Source: an uncultured virus (IMG/VR IMGVR_UViG_3300018915_000003) (Duplodnaviria > Heunggongvirae > Uroviricota > Caudoviricetes). Taken from it: 64,000 nt of DNA. Where the stretch lies: the IMG/VR virus record IMGVR_UViG_3300018915_000003; one strand, given 5' to 3'. The notes beneath the pieces are model-generated. The model saw only the letters and a program-made list of their open reading frames with translations. It searched no databases and was not told where the DNA came from. The position numbers were made by a program, and so were the translations under genes. Positions 19,275 through 29,100 of the stretch are shown piece after piece. The stretch's first letter is position 1. Every line of letters begins with the position of its first letter.

Positions 19275-19278
19275 AGAG

Positions 19279-19506
19279 ATGGCGACATATTTTGATGACG
19301 TGCTGGCTGAAACCGTGAAGACCGTCAAACCCACCTATGTCTGTCCTGTGTGTGACGGCGTCCATTACGACAAACACGACCTGCGCAATCATCTTAAGTG
19401 GTCTCATTCAAGGAACCAGTTGGAAAGCCACCTAGCAAGAATACAGGAGAGAAAAGAGTGGGCAAGGAAGTTTTTAGCGGATAAGGAGAAGGAGGTAGCA
19501 GTCTAA
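19279..19506 (+). CDS. C2H2 Zn-finger protein
   Basis: YVCPVC...LRNHLKWSH. Confidence 0.75.
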   Translation: MATYFDDVLAETVKTVKPTYVCPVCDGVHYDKHDLRNHLKWSHSRNQLESHLARIQERKEWARKFLADKEKEVAV

Positions 19507-19509
19507 AAG

Positions 19510-19836
19510 ATGGGTACCAATTTCTATCTCGAAGAATACGATAGGACTGCAAAACATATCGGTAAAAGCAGTTCTATGGGACGCTATTGTACAGACTGCG
19601 AAATGATACCAACACCCAATTCATTCGGGAGATGGGTATGTCCTGGATGTGGTCATCCACCCCCTCATAATAAACATAGTTGGACGTGGGCGATAAAACC
19701 CGAGGACTTTTTGGAGTTGAGGCGTCGTAAATTCAGGGATGAGTATGGTTATCCTTATTTGTTCAAGGAAATGTTAGAGGTCATACATGGAGCGAGGGAG
19801 ATAAGGTTTGACTTGATAGGGAAGGAGTTCTGCTAA
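19510..19836 (+). CDS. phage hypothetical protein with Zn ribbon
   Basis: MGTNFY...HIGKSS motif, CTDC...CPGC. Confidence 0.7.
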   Translation: MGTNFYLEEYDRTAKHIGKSSSMGRYCTDCEMIPTPNSFGRWVCPGCGHPPPHNKHSWTWAIKPEDFLELRRRKFRDEYGYPYLFKEMLEVIHGAREIRFDLIGKEFC

Positions 19837-19843
19837 TCTAATC

Positions 19844-20410
19844 CTAACCCTCTTCTATTGTTTTGAGCATTCTAGTGTATGTCCTTATGGTAACAGGCCA
19901 CACGCCTAACTTAGCGGCAATTTCTTTTTGAGATAACCCCTGTGTGAGCATATCCTGAACAATAGGCAATCTCATTTCTCTTTGTTGTCTGCGTTGCTCG
20001 TGTACACGTAAAAAAGACTGTATCCTCTTGGTTTTACTTAGGCTAAGGTCGAGCTCCTTTAGCCTATGCTTCTCCCTAGTGTGGCAAAATGCGCATAACT
20101 CGATTGTGAACCTCAAAGGATGCTCATCATCATAACGGTGTTCATCGTGGTGTCTTTGTGTGTATGATGTATCTATCAATTCTACTGCTCGGCACCAATT
20201 ACAAACTCCATTGCGTACATCATATGAAAAATATAGATTCTTACCTTTGTATTTGAAATATTGTTTTGTAGGTTCTCGATGATTTACCTTCGATATTCTA
20301 TGTCCTACTTTGAACTGTCTTTCTCTTCCCCTTCCATCATAGCGATTTATTACAGCCTTACATCCACAGGCACAAAGTTTTTTATTGTCCGATAATGTAT
20401 TGTCTTCCAT
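19844..20410 (-). CDS. HNH-like endonuclease with N-terminal CxCGC motif and C-terminal HTH
   Basis: CACGC; CNWC...RHH...ELCAFCH; GLSQKEIAAKLGV; AT-richer than its flanks. Confidence 0.7.
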   Translation of the reverse strand: MEDNTLSDNKKLCACGCKAVINRYDGRGRERQFKVGHRISKVNHREPTKQYFKYKGKNLYFSYDVRNGVCNWCRAVELIDTSYTQRHHDEHRYDDEHPLRFTIELCAFCHTREKHRLKELDLSLSKTKRIQSFLRVHEQRRQQREMRLPIVQDMLTQGLSQKEIAAKLGVWPVTIRTYTRMLKTIEEG

Positions 20411-20482
20411 TGCTTCCTAGACCGAAGCAAGATAAGGCGTGGCAACCTTAAAAAGTTTCCACCCTTATTAATCTTCTATAAC

Positions 20483-21106
20483 TTACCCCTCCTCGATTGT
20501 TCCGTAGTCATACATTTCTTCGGGTGGCCCTAACTCTTCTTCCATTTCTTCCGCATTCCTGTTGACCAGACGCTTCTCCTGCTTTGTGTATTTGGATTTA
20601 ATCCAAAAGGGTGCATTGTTCTCAGTGGCTATGACCATCTGTTCCCTGAGCCTGTCTGGGTTGATGGGCACTTCTGTGACGTCTTTGGCTCCGTCGGCTA
20701 GCCTTTTAATCTCAAGGGGCACATCGACCTTACGGACGGCTGCACCTCCAGGCGTGCGCACGATGGGCCTGCCCGTGAGTAGTGGGTGGTCAAGAAGGGC
20801 CTCGATGCGGTAGAGTCTTCTTGGTGACTTTGGATGATAAGTTATAGCGTCGTTGATTATACGGTTGCGCCAGTAGTCGCCTAAGTGGTGACGGATGTCG
20901 CCCAGGTTCTTGCGGAGTATTGGTTCAGGCTGTCCGTCTGATGCTCCGAACTCTATTATCGCTCTGCCCTCGGTTGGGTCATCTATAACCTTCTGGGTTC
21001 TGTGGTTGTCCTCAAGGGTAAGCATGATTATGCCCCTCGGAGGATTGAACGCCATGAGCTCATCCGGTGTTATTCTTAACTCAACAATTCTGCGGTGGAC
21101 TGTCAT
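20483..21106 (-). CDS. hypothetical protein at the end of the tail operon
   Basis: 207-aa ORF co-oriented with tail genes. Confidence 0.7.
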   Translation of the reverse strand: MTVHRRIVELRITPDELMAFNPPRGIIMLTLEDNHRTQKVIDDPTEGRAIIEFGASDGQPEPILRKNLGDIRHHLGDYWRNRIINDAITYHPKSPRRLYRIEALLDHPLLTGRPIVRTPGGAAVRKVDVPLEIKRLADGAKDVTEVPINPDRLREQMVIATENNAPFWIKSKYTKQEKRLVNRNAEEMEEELGPPEEMYDYGTIEEG

Positions 21107-21146
21107 TTTGTTTTATCTATCTTCTCCTTTTACTCCTATTCTAATT

Positions 21147-22076
21147 TTATGGGTCTGCAAGGTTCCACCACGTGTTGTCTGTGCCTGCTCCACCGAACAA
21201 TTGGAAGAGCCTGACATACATAAACTTCTCAGTTGTGTTGTTTGTCTTGATGCCCATAGATACGTTTCTCTGTCCCGAGCCGTTACCTGATGAACTGACG
21301 TTGTTGGGATTCAGTATCGGACTTGCTCCGTTGATAACCAACCTGGCATTCAATCCAGGTCTATGCTGTAGGATATAGCCTCTGTTTGCTGTTTGCTGCA
21401 CTGGTTCAGTCGTTGCCACGATGTCTCTGATAGAACCAGAAGCAGATACTAGGTCGTAGTTTCTCGCCGTGCCACCACTGTCGCAAGCCTCCAATCCGAA
21501 TTTGCGGTCGGGGGTGTGGGTCGAGTTCACGTCCTCCATATTGACGCCTATCTTAACGGAGACATATGAGCCTGCTGTGACATAGCCAACCCATTGAAAA
21601 TTAATACGCCGGGCATATGTCAGAGGGCCACCAGACCTTGACCCGTGACTGTAGCCACCTGTGGTCGTGGACGTGGGAAGTCTGATTCTAGCCTGTGAGG
21701 GCTCGTTGCTGATGCTGACGGTACCAATCTGGGCTAGGTCTTGGGCACACAAACTCGCATAATTCTCCGTTATGTGTCTGGACATGTTAGCCCTCTGGAT
21801 ATCATCGTATCTTCCACCAGCTGGGTCAGTGTCGGCATCGTGTCTGTGTCTGCCTCCACTCATACCTATCCAGTCGGAGTCTGTAGAGTTACGCATAAGG
21901 GCAGTGTTGGCTGTGTAGCCGCCTCCAGTCTCGATGACTGTAGCTATCTGACCGGCCCATGTTGGGAACAGGTTGGGAATGTCCACACCCCTGGCCCTCG
22001 TGACTGTTTTGCTGTTCACCCTATCGGGCGAGAAGGTTTCGAAGTTACCAAAATAACCACCATCTACTGTTGACAT
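21147..22076 (-). CDS. putative minor tail/fibre protein
   Basis: Gly/Ser/Thr-rich beta composition, HxH motif, position downstream of tail-tip genes. Confidence 0.55.
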   Translation of the reverse strand: MSTVDGGYFGNFETFSPDRVNSKTVTRARGVDIPNLFPTWAGQIATVIETGGGYTANTALMRNSTDSDWIGMSGGRHRHDADTDPAGGRYDDIQRANMSRHITENYASLCAQDLAQIGTVSISNEPSQARIRLPTSTTTGGYSHGSRSGGPLTYARRINFQWVGYVTAGSYVSVKIGVNMEDVNSTHTPDRKFGLEACDSGGTARNYDLVSASGSIRDIVATTEPVQQTANRGYILQHRPGLNARLVINGASPILNPNNVSSSGNGSGQRNVSMGIKTNNTTEKFMYVRLFQLFGGAGTDNTWWNLADP

Positions 22077-22158
22077 AAAACTTGTTTATCTACCAATGTT
22101 ACAAATGGGGTGGTGGTATTACTGGACTATTTAATCAGTCAGTCAGTTAGTTAGTTAA

Positions 22159-24618
22159 CTAGTCGATTGTGTTACCCGCTGCCCTGGCCACGATGTTGTC
22201 CCATATCGTATTACTGCGCTGCGCCATCATCCCAATTCTTCCCACTCCAGCCAAGAGTCCACCGTCACCTGATGCGACGCCGTTTGTCTGGTCAATCTCT
22301 GAATACCTGAGTTGGCCTGCTATGTATACCTCGATGTGTTTCGCCTCATTGGCAGAGTAGAAGGACATCTGTCGCCATGTGTTCTCGCTGTAGTTCAGAC
22401 CGGTCTCATCTGCCACGGTGGTAGTGACGCCGTTGAGCCTCCTTATCAGGCTCCAGCCAGTCGGATAGTGGGTGAGAGCATAGTAATTATTCGCGTCCTT
22501 CCACTTCACGATGAGGTAGCCTCCATTGAAGTTGTCGACAACATGCCTGGCCACGTTAGCCATCATACAAGACATAAAGACACTTTTGTAGCTGACCGTG
22601 GACAACACAAGAGGTACAGTAGCGCCACCTGTTGAGCCTGAATTGATTCGCAGGACACGGCCTCCTTGGTTGTAGTCGAATGAGTCGAATGTGCCGACGG
22701 AACCACTGCCTGCAGGTGCGGTGATAAGCTCCCATCTGTTGTTGATGGACTTCTGTCCCACGCTTGTCAATGTGTAGATAAGTCCCTGGAAGGCATCGCC
22801 GAATATGGGACGCACCAACACATCATCGAAGGTGGCCTCACTGCCTGAAGCCCTGAGGGCAACCGGTGCCAGTGCTGTGATTATGTTATCATCGGGGTTG
22901 GGTCTGTTGTAAGTTATCACGTTAGTCCCATCCACCGATACATAGATCAATCCGCCGTCCCGCTGAGTCTGTACCGTGACCAGTCTGGAGACTCCTACAG
23001 GATGCAAGACCTCACCCGATGGATTAGACTGCTCGGCCAGTACGACCTGGGTGGTAGCACTGCCCTCGGTCTTCAGAAGTCTCACACCAGTGGGACGCAC
23101 TAATACCGAATAATTGTCGTTCTCACCCACATACTTGAACATCATGCGGGCATAGTTATTGTCGCCAGCTGCAAGCTGAGATATTGTCCTGACCCTGCAC
23201 CGCATCCACACATCCTGGAATTTGTACTGGTTGCTCTCGACTGTTGGCCCTGGTGATGCTCCACGCTTCATCCTGAGTAAACGCTGGGCGGTAAGCCCTG
23301 GGTGTGTGTAGTCTTCCACCCTAGCGAAGCCAGCAGTTGTACCTGACCCGCCTGGCAATATCACCAACTTCCATTTGAGGTTGGGAGAAACTTGGTTGAG
23401 CGAGGAGAGGGTATAGGTCTGGTCTTGGAAGGTGTCAATGAACTGCCCTGGGATTAGAGGTGAAGAGCCACCTCCGCCTCCCGGAGCGTTCTCACCCGTC
23501 TCATTCTGGTTGACAGTGAACGACCGAGGTGAGAACGATATTGGTGAGAATGAATACTTTGAGATAGGTGTTGGAGCTGGGGGCGGTGTGCCACCTGTGC
23601 CTCCACCTGTCTCGTAGGCTAATGTGGCCACCCCGACCATGGCGACGTGGTCGATGGGAGACACTGAATGCTTGTTGGTGTAATAATTGGAGTGTTCCGT
23701 AGTCGTGATGATGCGGTTGCGCCACCAGCGGAAGTCGGCAATCCTGCCAGCGAAGTAGGAGCTAGTCCCATCTCCAGAGCTTCCAATCAATAAGTCCAGA
23801 TTAACGTCTGTTTCTGCTGTTGGCAGGATGGGCCTGACAGTGTTATTAATCTGTGCATCACTGGTATAGGATTGTGTATTCACTACCAGAGGCTGCACGG
23901 CATTACCTGCTGCACTGAAACCTGCTCCTACCAGATACCATCGATTGACTCTTGAAAGAGCACCTGTGGCTGCCCTGGAATAAGCGTTCCCTCCCATCAG
24001 GACAGAGAACGTTAGTGTACCGTTGGGCGTAACCCATAGAGCCCAGCCTCTTCCAGGGTTCTCAGGATCATCATCTACCTTACAGGCGATGACTCTGGGC
24101 TTCCCACCATGGAGCTCCAGTGCTGTGGGGTAGACCCAAGCGGACACATAGAACCCAACGTTGAGACCAACGAGTGAGAGTGTATCGGAGTGTGGAATGC
24201 TCAGAGTCGTATTCTGGCCATTGAATGCACACGAGCCTTGATAGTCGGTGTGTGCTGTGCTCCTGGCCGGGTTGCCCTGAAACACATTGCCGTTATTATT
24301 GAAACCTGAATAATCTTTAACATCTGCCCCACTGAACTGAAGGAACCTATACCAAGCCACCAGTGTCCTGCCGTTTGGCTCTTCTCCCATCCTCCATAAT
24401 TTGTGGTTGGGGTTGGCCACTGCATAGCCGATCTCGTTCTTGTATTCGTTAAAGAACAGAATACGGGAGGACTTTGTGCGAAGGAACTGCACGAACTCCA
24501 CTGTATCCAGAGGGTTGGCAAGCCTCTGCATCTTCTCGATCTTGTCGTTCTGTTCCTTGATTAGACGGCGGTCATCTTTCGACCGCTTTGACATGCTGTG
24601 GAAGTAGGAGCTAGACAT
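22159..24618 (-). CDS. LamG/ConA-like lectin domain tail protein (putative receptor-binding)
   Basis: LVAWYRF...KDYSGFNNNG...FNG...VSAWVYP...WYLV...FAGRIADFRWW, followed by two further jelly-roll-like repeats. Confidence 0.8.
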   Translation of the reverse strand: MSSSYFHSMSKRSKDDRRLIKEQNDKIEKMQRLANPLDTVEFVQFLRTKSSRILFFNEYKNEIGYAVANPNHKLWRMGEEPNGRTLVAWYRFLQFSGADVKDYSGFNNNGNVFQGNPARSTAHTDYQGSCAFNGQNTTLSIPHSDTLSLVGLNVGFYVSAWVYPTALELHGGKPRVIACKVDDDPENPGRGWALWVTPNGTLTFSVLMGGNAYSRAATGALSRVNRWYLVGAGFSAAGNAVQPLVVNTQSYTSDAQINNTVRPILPTAETDVNLDLLIGSSGDGTSSYFAGRIADFRWWRNRIITTTEHSNYYTNKHSVSPIDHVAMVGVATLAYETGGGTGGTPPPAPTPISKYSFSPISFSPRSFTVNQNETGENAPGGGGGSSPLIPGQFIDTFQDQTYTLSSLNQVSPNLKWKLVILPGGSGTTAGFARVEDYTHPGLTAQRLLRMKRGASPGPTVESNQYKFQDVWMRCRVRTISQLAAGDNNYARMMFKYVGENDNYSVLVRPTGVRLLKTEGSATTQVVLAEQSNPSGEVLHPVGVSRLVTVQTQRDGGLIYVSVDGTNVITYNRPNPDDNIITALAPVALRASGSEATFDDVLVRPIFGDAFQGLIYTLTSVGQKSINNRWELITAPAGSGSVGTFDSFDYNQGGRVLRINSGSTGGATVPLVLSTVSYKSVFMSCMMANVARHVVDNFNGGYLIVKWKDANNYYALTHYPTGWSLIRRLNGVTTTVADETGLNYSENTWRQMSFYSANEAKHIEVYIAGQLRYSEIDQTNGVASGDGGLLAGVGRIGMMAQRSNTIWDNIVARAAGNTID

Positions 24619-24629
24619 TTGTTATAGTA

Positions 24630-25292
24630 TCACCTGACAGAAATCATACGGACTAATTGCGAAAGTGAGAAGAATGTTTCATATTGTTTGTGATTGATGT
24701 AGTCTTCGGTAGTGAAAACGGATCTGAATAGTGGAATGCCTCCCTGCTCGGCTGTGAAGACTGCGCCCTCGGTGATTATGGCACTCCTGACTGTTGTGCT
24801 GAACCGCCCCAGGAACCTCATGCCCGCACCTTCATCCTGTCTGTATCCACTGGAGATACATGAGACCCTCGGCAATATCTCAGCGACCAGTTTGACATCG
24901 GTCAGGGCTTCGGGGGTTGTACCTGTGCCCGCACCATACCAGGCGAATGTAGGCAATAACTGACCTGTCCCGAGTTTGGCCAGGTGGTTCATGCCCAAAA
25001 GCGTGGTCATATCATCCTTGGGTGGAGTTACGGCTTCAGGGTCAAACTCTTCACCATTCTCAAACTTGACGTTCTTGTGGTCGTTTAGTTTGCGCTCGAG
25101 CTTCTTGTCGAATGTATCACTGGGGAGCTCGTTAGCTCGGATTAGGCGTATCTCCTCATCGACATTAGGGCCGTCCTCAACACGCCAGAGTGCACCTATG
25201 GCAACATCCTGGAAGTGTATATCTGAGGCGCGTTGGCGGTGACGTTGGGTTATATCGTTGTTGTAGGTAGAATTAATATCGGAAGAAGACAA
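24630..25292 (-). CDS. tail collar/baseplate-type structural protein
   Basis: GTGTT...DVKLVAE..R...ITEGAVF...GG..LFRSVF pattern common in tail proteins. Confidence 0.6.
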   Translation of the reverse strand: MSSSDINSTYNNDITQRHRQRASDIHFQDVAIGALWRVEDGPNVDEEIRLIRANELPSDTFDKKLERKLNDHKNVKFENGEEFDPEAVTPPKDDMTTLLGMNHLAKLGTGQLLPTFAWYGAGTGTTPEALTDVKLVAEILPRVSCISSGYRQDEGAGMRFLGRFSTTVRSAIITEGAVFTAEQGGIPLFRSVFTTEDYINHKQYETFFSLSQLVRMISVR

Positions 25293-25345
25293 ATTTGTTT
25301 ATCAAGTTAACCTTCCTCAACTCAGGATATACGTTAACTATTTAA

Positions 25346-25738
25346 TTGGACTCACACAAACAATACTATCAAAAAATGGATTATATAGTAAAAACAGCTC
25401 TCTTTGTGGTGTCGGCATGGGCCATATTCTTTAGTGTCTTCGGTATTGCGGTAGCCTATGATTCTCCGCCAGTGGTAGACCCACCAAGTACAGCATACTC
25501 AAGAGGAATTGAGCAACCCGTGTATAGATTCGGCCCCATTAGCGATGACGTACAAACATATCAGGATGGCACACAGTTACCAACCCGCACCTTCTCGATA
25601 GAGCAGTGGAACCCTACCACCCAGAAGTGGGATGTAATAGGATATGCGAACACACACCTGCACAAGGTAAAGATTGACGCTACAGACAAGATGGATATTT
25701 CGCTCGGCAGCACACACCGTATAAATCCAAAAAATTAG
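25346..25738 (+). CDS. secreted or membrane-anchored hypothetical protein
   Basis: N-terminal hydrophobic segment. Confidence 0.6.
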   Translation: MDSHKQYYQKMDYIVKTALFVVSAWAIFFSVFGIAVAYDSPPVVDPPSTAYSRGIEQPVYRFGPISDDVQTYQDGTQLPTRTFSIEQWNPTTQKWDVIGYANTHLHKVKIDATDKMDISLGSTHRINPKN

Positions 25739-26061
25739 GGCACTAGTTTGTCGGGATACTCACGGATGAGCACAGAATAGGCAGGCTCCACAAAGACTCC
25801 TTCACCACTGTCTTCGACAAGGATAATGGCATAACTGAGCTCATTTATCTTGGCACACTTGGCATAAAACTCGTCCTTGAACTCCTCCCTTTTTGAGTTA
25901 ATCACTTCCTCCCATGTGAGTGCGTGGGGGCTTTTCTCTACGAATTTATCCAAGTCTTCCTGTGTGTTAAAGTAAACCCTGAAGTCATGGCCGTCTGGAC
26001 TGATGAGTTTCGGCAGTCTTTCCATCTTTTTAATTCCGTTCTCTTTATGGTTGAGATGCAT
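25735..26061 (-). CDS. hypothetical protein
   Basis: 108-aa ORF downstream of the tail-tip gene. Confidence 0.6.
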   Translation of the reverse strand: MHLNHKENGIKKMERLPKLISPDGHDFRVYFNTQEDLDKFVEKSPHALTWEEVINSKREEFKDEFYAKCAKINELSYAIILVEDSGEGVFVEPAYSVLIREYPDKLVP

Positions 26062-26108
26062 GTATGTATGGGTTAGATGTGGGGGGACTTCCTTTTATGT
26101 CTATTAGA

Positions 26109-29100
26109 CTAGAGCAATCTGCCATTATTCACGAACCAGGTCAGGAAGGGTGATACTGTGTAGATGAGTTGGTTGGTGTTTGCAAAGTATACTCTCACAC
26201 CGTCGACGTGTTGCTTGGCGTATGCCCATCTTGCTCTTAAGGTCTCCTGCAGGGTTAGCCCTTTCTGCGCTTGGTGTTGTGCTGACAGAGTGATTGTGAT
26301 GACTATGTTGGTGTTGTTCGACCTCAGCGATGCAGCTGTCTTCTTGACGTAGTTGCGGAAGTTTTCCTGGTCATGCTGGAGTTCATGCACCTGCATGTTG
26401 TAATAGTCACAGTATCGGACGAGTCTGGAGGCGTATGTCTTCGCAGTCTTTATCTCTGGGTTGAACCTCACCTTGAGTCCTTTCTTCCTCACAATGCTTG
26501 CGAATTTCTGGTGTGCGGCTACTGGGTCTTTCCTCTCAGTGCTGCTCACGAAGTCAGCGTTGTAGGCGTAGGTCACTATCTCATATCCTTTGTCCCTCAG
26601 CACGGCGATGTTATTCTCCATATCGGATATTGTCTGGAACTCGATGTCCTGGAACTTGGTTGCGGTGTTGAGCACATTGCTCTCATAGGCCGAGTTGATT
26701 GCCTGATCATCCGGCTTCTGTAGCGTTGCGCCGTCTATTGCCCTGTTGAGGAAGGGTGTATATGTGTCATGAGTGGTCTGGCGGTCTACTTCCTGCCTGT
26801 ACAGCACCCATAATATTTTGCTCCCGACCGGAGTCGAGGATGGTGGTGGGGGAGGAGATGGGGTTGGTGATGGTGATGATGTGCCGCCCACATTGTAATA
26901 ACTGGCGTAGACCATTGACTGCAAGCCCGTGAATCTGTCTATAGCCTTGTATCTGAGCCAGGTCGAGCTCGTGACCTTTACTGGCGGAGATTCGTTGGGG
27001 ATATACATAAGGGTGCTACCGGTTTGTGTATCGGCTGGTATAGTGCCGTTCCTGGTATACATTATCAAGACTGACTCTTTGTTGGATGAGAACTTTACGG
27101 ACGTGCCTGTGGGGAATGTGCCACTCCTGGGGGTCACGAATACCAGTGGGGCTGATGGGTTTTGCTCTGTTGGAGACTTTGGAGTCTGTGGAATCGCTGG
27201 CATGTCTGGCGTGTCGAAGCTAATCTCTCCCCTGACATACTTGCCATACCAGTATTGCCATTGGAAGTCGACGTGGCCTACTGCGTTGATGGTAAGGAAT
27301 TTGCAATCGATGTCCTGACTGGCGTCCCACTTGTATGATACGGAGAGCAGTTCTGCCTCGGTGCCTGTGTCAGAAGAGCCTCCTGCTACAGCTGAACCAA
27401 AGCCAGCCATCTCATCTACGATTGTGACGAGCATGCCAGGGAACAGTAGTTTATTGGGAACAGTTATCTCGTTGATGTCGTAGATACGCTTTGGCTTTGC
27501 ACTGAAGTTGAGTATGGACTGTAGAGTCCTGGAGACCATCATCTCATCGGTGATGTGAGGGAACTCTATCTTCGACTCCACAAGCTGGAACTTCTCAATC
27601 GAGTCGGGGTCGCTTGCATCCAGCAGGTTGGTGGTGTTACGGAAATAAGACAGAGCGAGTCCTGGATGGGTTGCACTCGTGTATACATGATATGGGTCTT
27701 TGCTATATCTGTGTGAACGGGGCACTCTGATGGCTACCCTATAATTGCGGTCTATCTCTAACTGCTCGCTTCCTTGTGCGTGGTGCCATCTGATTGTGTT
27801 GAGTGAGTTCCTGCCCCTACCATACAACACTACCCAGTATCGTCTCTGGGGCACGATTGCCGCCTTACTGCGTGTAATGCCGTGGAGGAATATGACGGTC
27901 GGCCTTCTGTCTTCTATCTGTGAAAGCTTGATCCAGAACTGGGAGACTGGTGATGGTGGGTTTGTGTGGTCGGGCATGTCAAGCAGTTCCGTCGTGATTG
28001 CTCCTGTGTTGGGGTCTTCGACGTTCCGTATGACCTGTCTGTTGCTCAAGATCTCGCCATAGATGTAGGTCGCACTCTGGCCTGAGTGCACGGGTGAGAC
28101 GTCGCCTATCTTTGACAACACAAGGGCGATGTCATCGGTCTTGTTGGTCTCTGCTATGAATGACATGGCGACATCCTGCTCGACTGGTACACCAGGCACG
28201 ATATAGCCTGAGTTCTGCATGGAGAGAACAGCTGCCCTTTCCATCGCATACAACATGGGTCTTATCCTGCCCGAGAGTGTGTCGAACGGCTGGGGTGTGT
28301 TGTCGTTGGTCACGTACAAATGACTCGCGACACTGTCAAGGAACATGTCCATGACCCAGGTGCCGATGTCATCATCGGTGGCAATTGAGGTCGTGATACC
28401 ATAAGATATGAGAGCCCTTTGGTTCAGTTGATATTTCCCAAACCATGACTGTTTCACGCTCTCCGATGTTGGTAGACCTGTGCCTTCCCTTATAATGAAG
28501 CCCCAGATGTTGGGGCAGCTTGCGACGTTTTCCTCTGATACTGCACGCTTTGCATTAGCCCATACTCGCCTGAAACCCCGCTGGAGGGCATAACCAGCCA
28601 AGCCGTTATAATACGCTGCTGTGGATGATGATACTGCAGCGTTGTCAAATACTATGCCATACGGCCCATATAGGTCATACCACCTATCAATCTCAGAGCG
28701 CACAGCGGCATCGGACTTGTTGCCGTCCTGTGTGTCAATGTATCCTAGCAATAGACATCTGGCGTCTACCATGTCGTTGATGGGATTGACCCAGTCGGGG
28801 TTTCCTGGAGGGCTTCCAGGGCCGTCTGTACCTGAGCCAACTTTGAGCACCACATAGAACACGTTATAATTAAATTCTCGTTGCATGTTGGCGATGCTAG
28901 CCCAGACTGGACTGTTGGGGCCGATAAGGTCGCCTCGTATCCAGATGAATGGGCCAACGCCCACCCTGTATCCTTCTGGCAGTGGTTTACCGCTCTCGGT
29001 GTCCGTTGGTGGCTCATCTATAGCAAGAGATGTGAACTGGTCTGCAACTGCGTCTACTTCCTTGACGTTAGCCCTGCTGGACTTCTGTCCCACAATGGCT

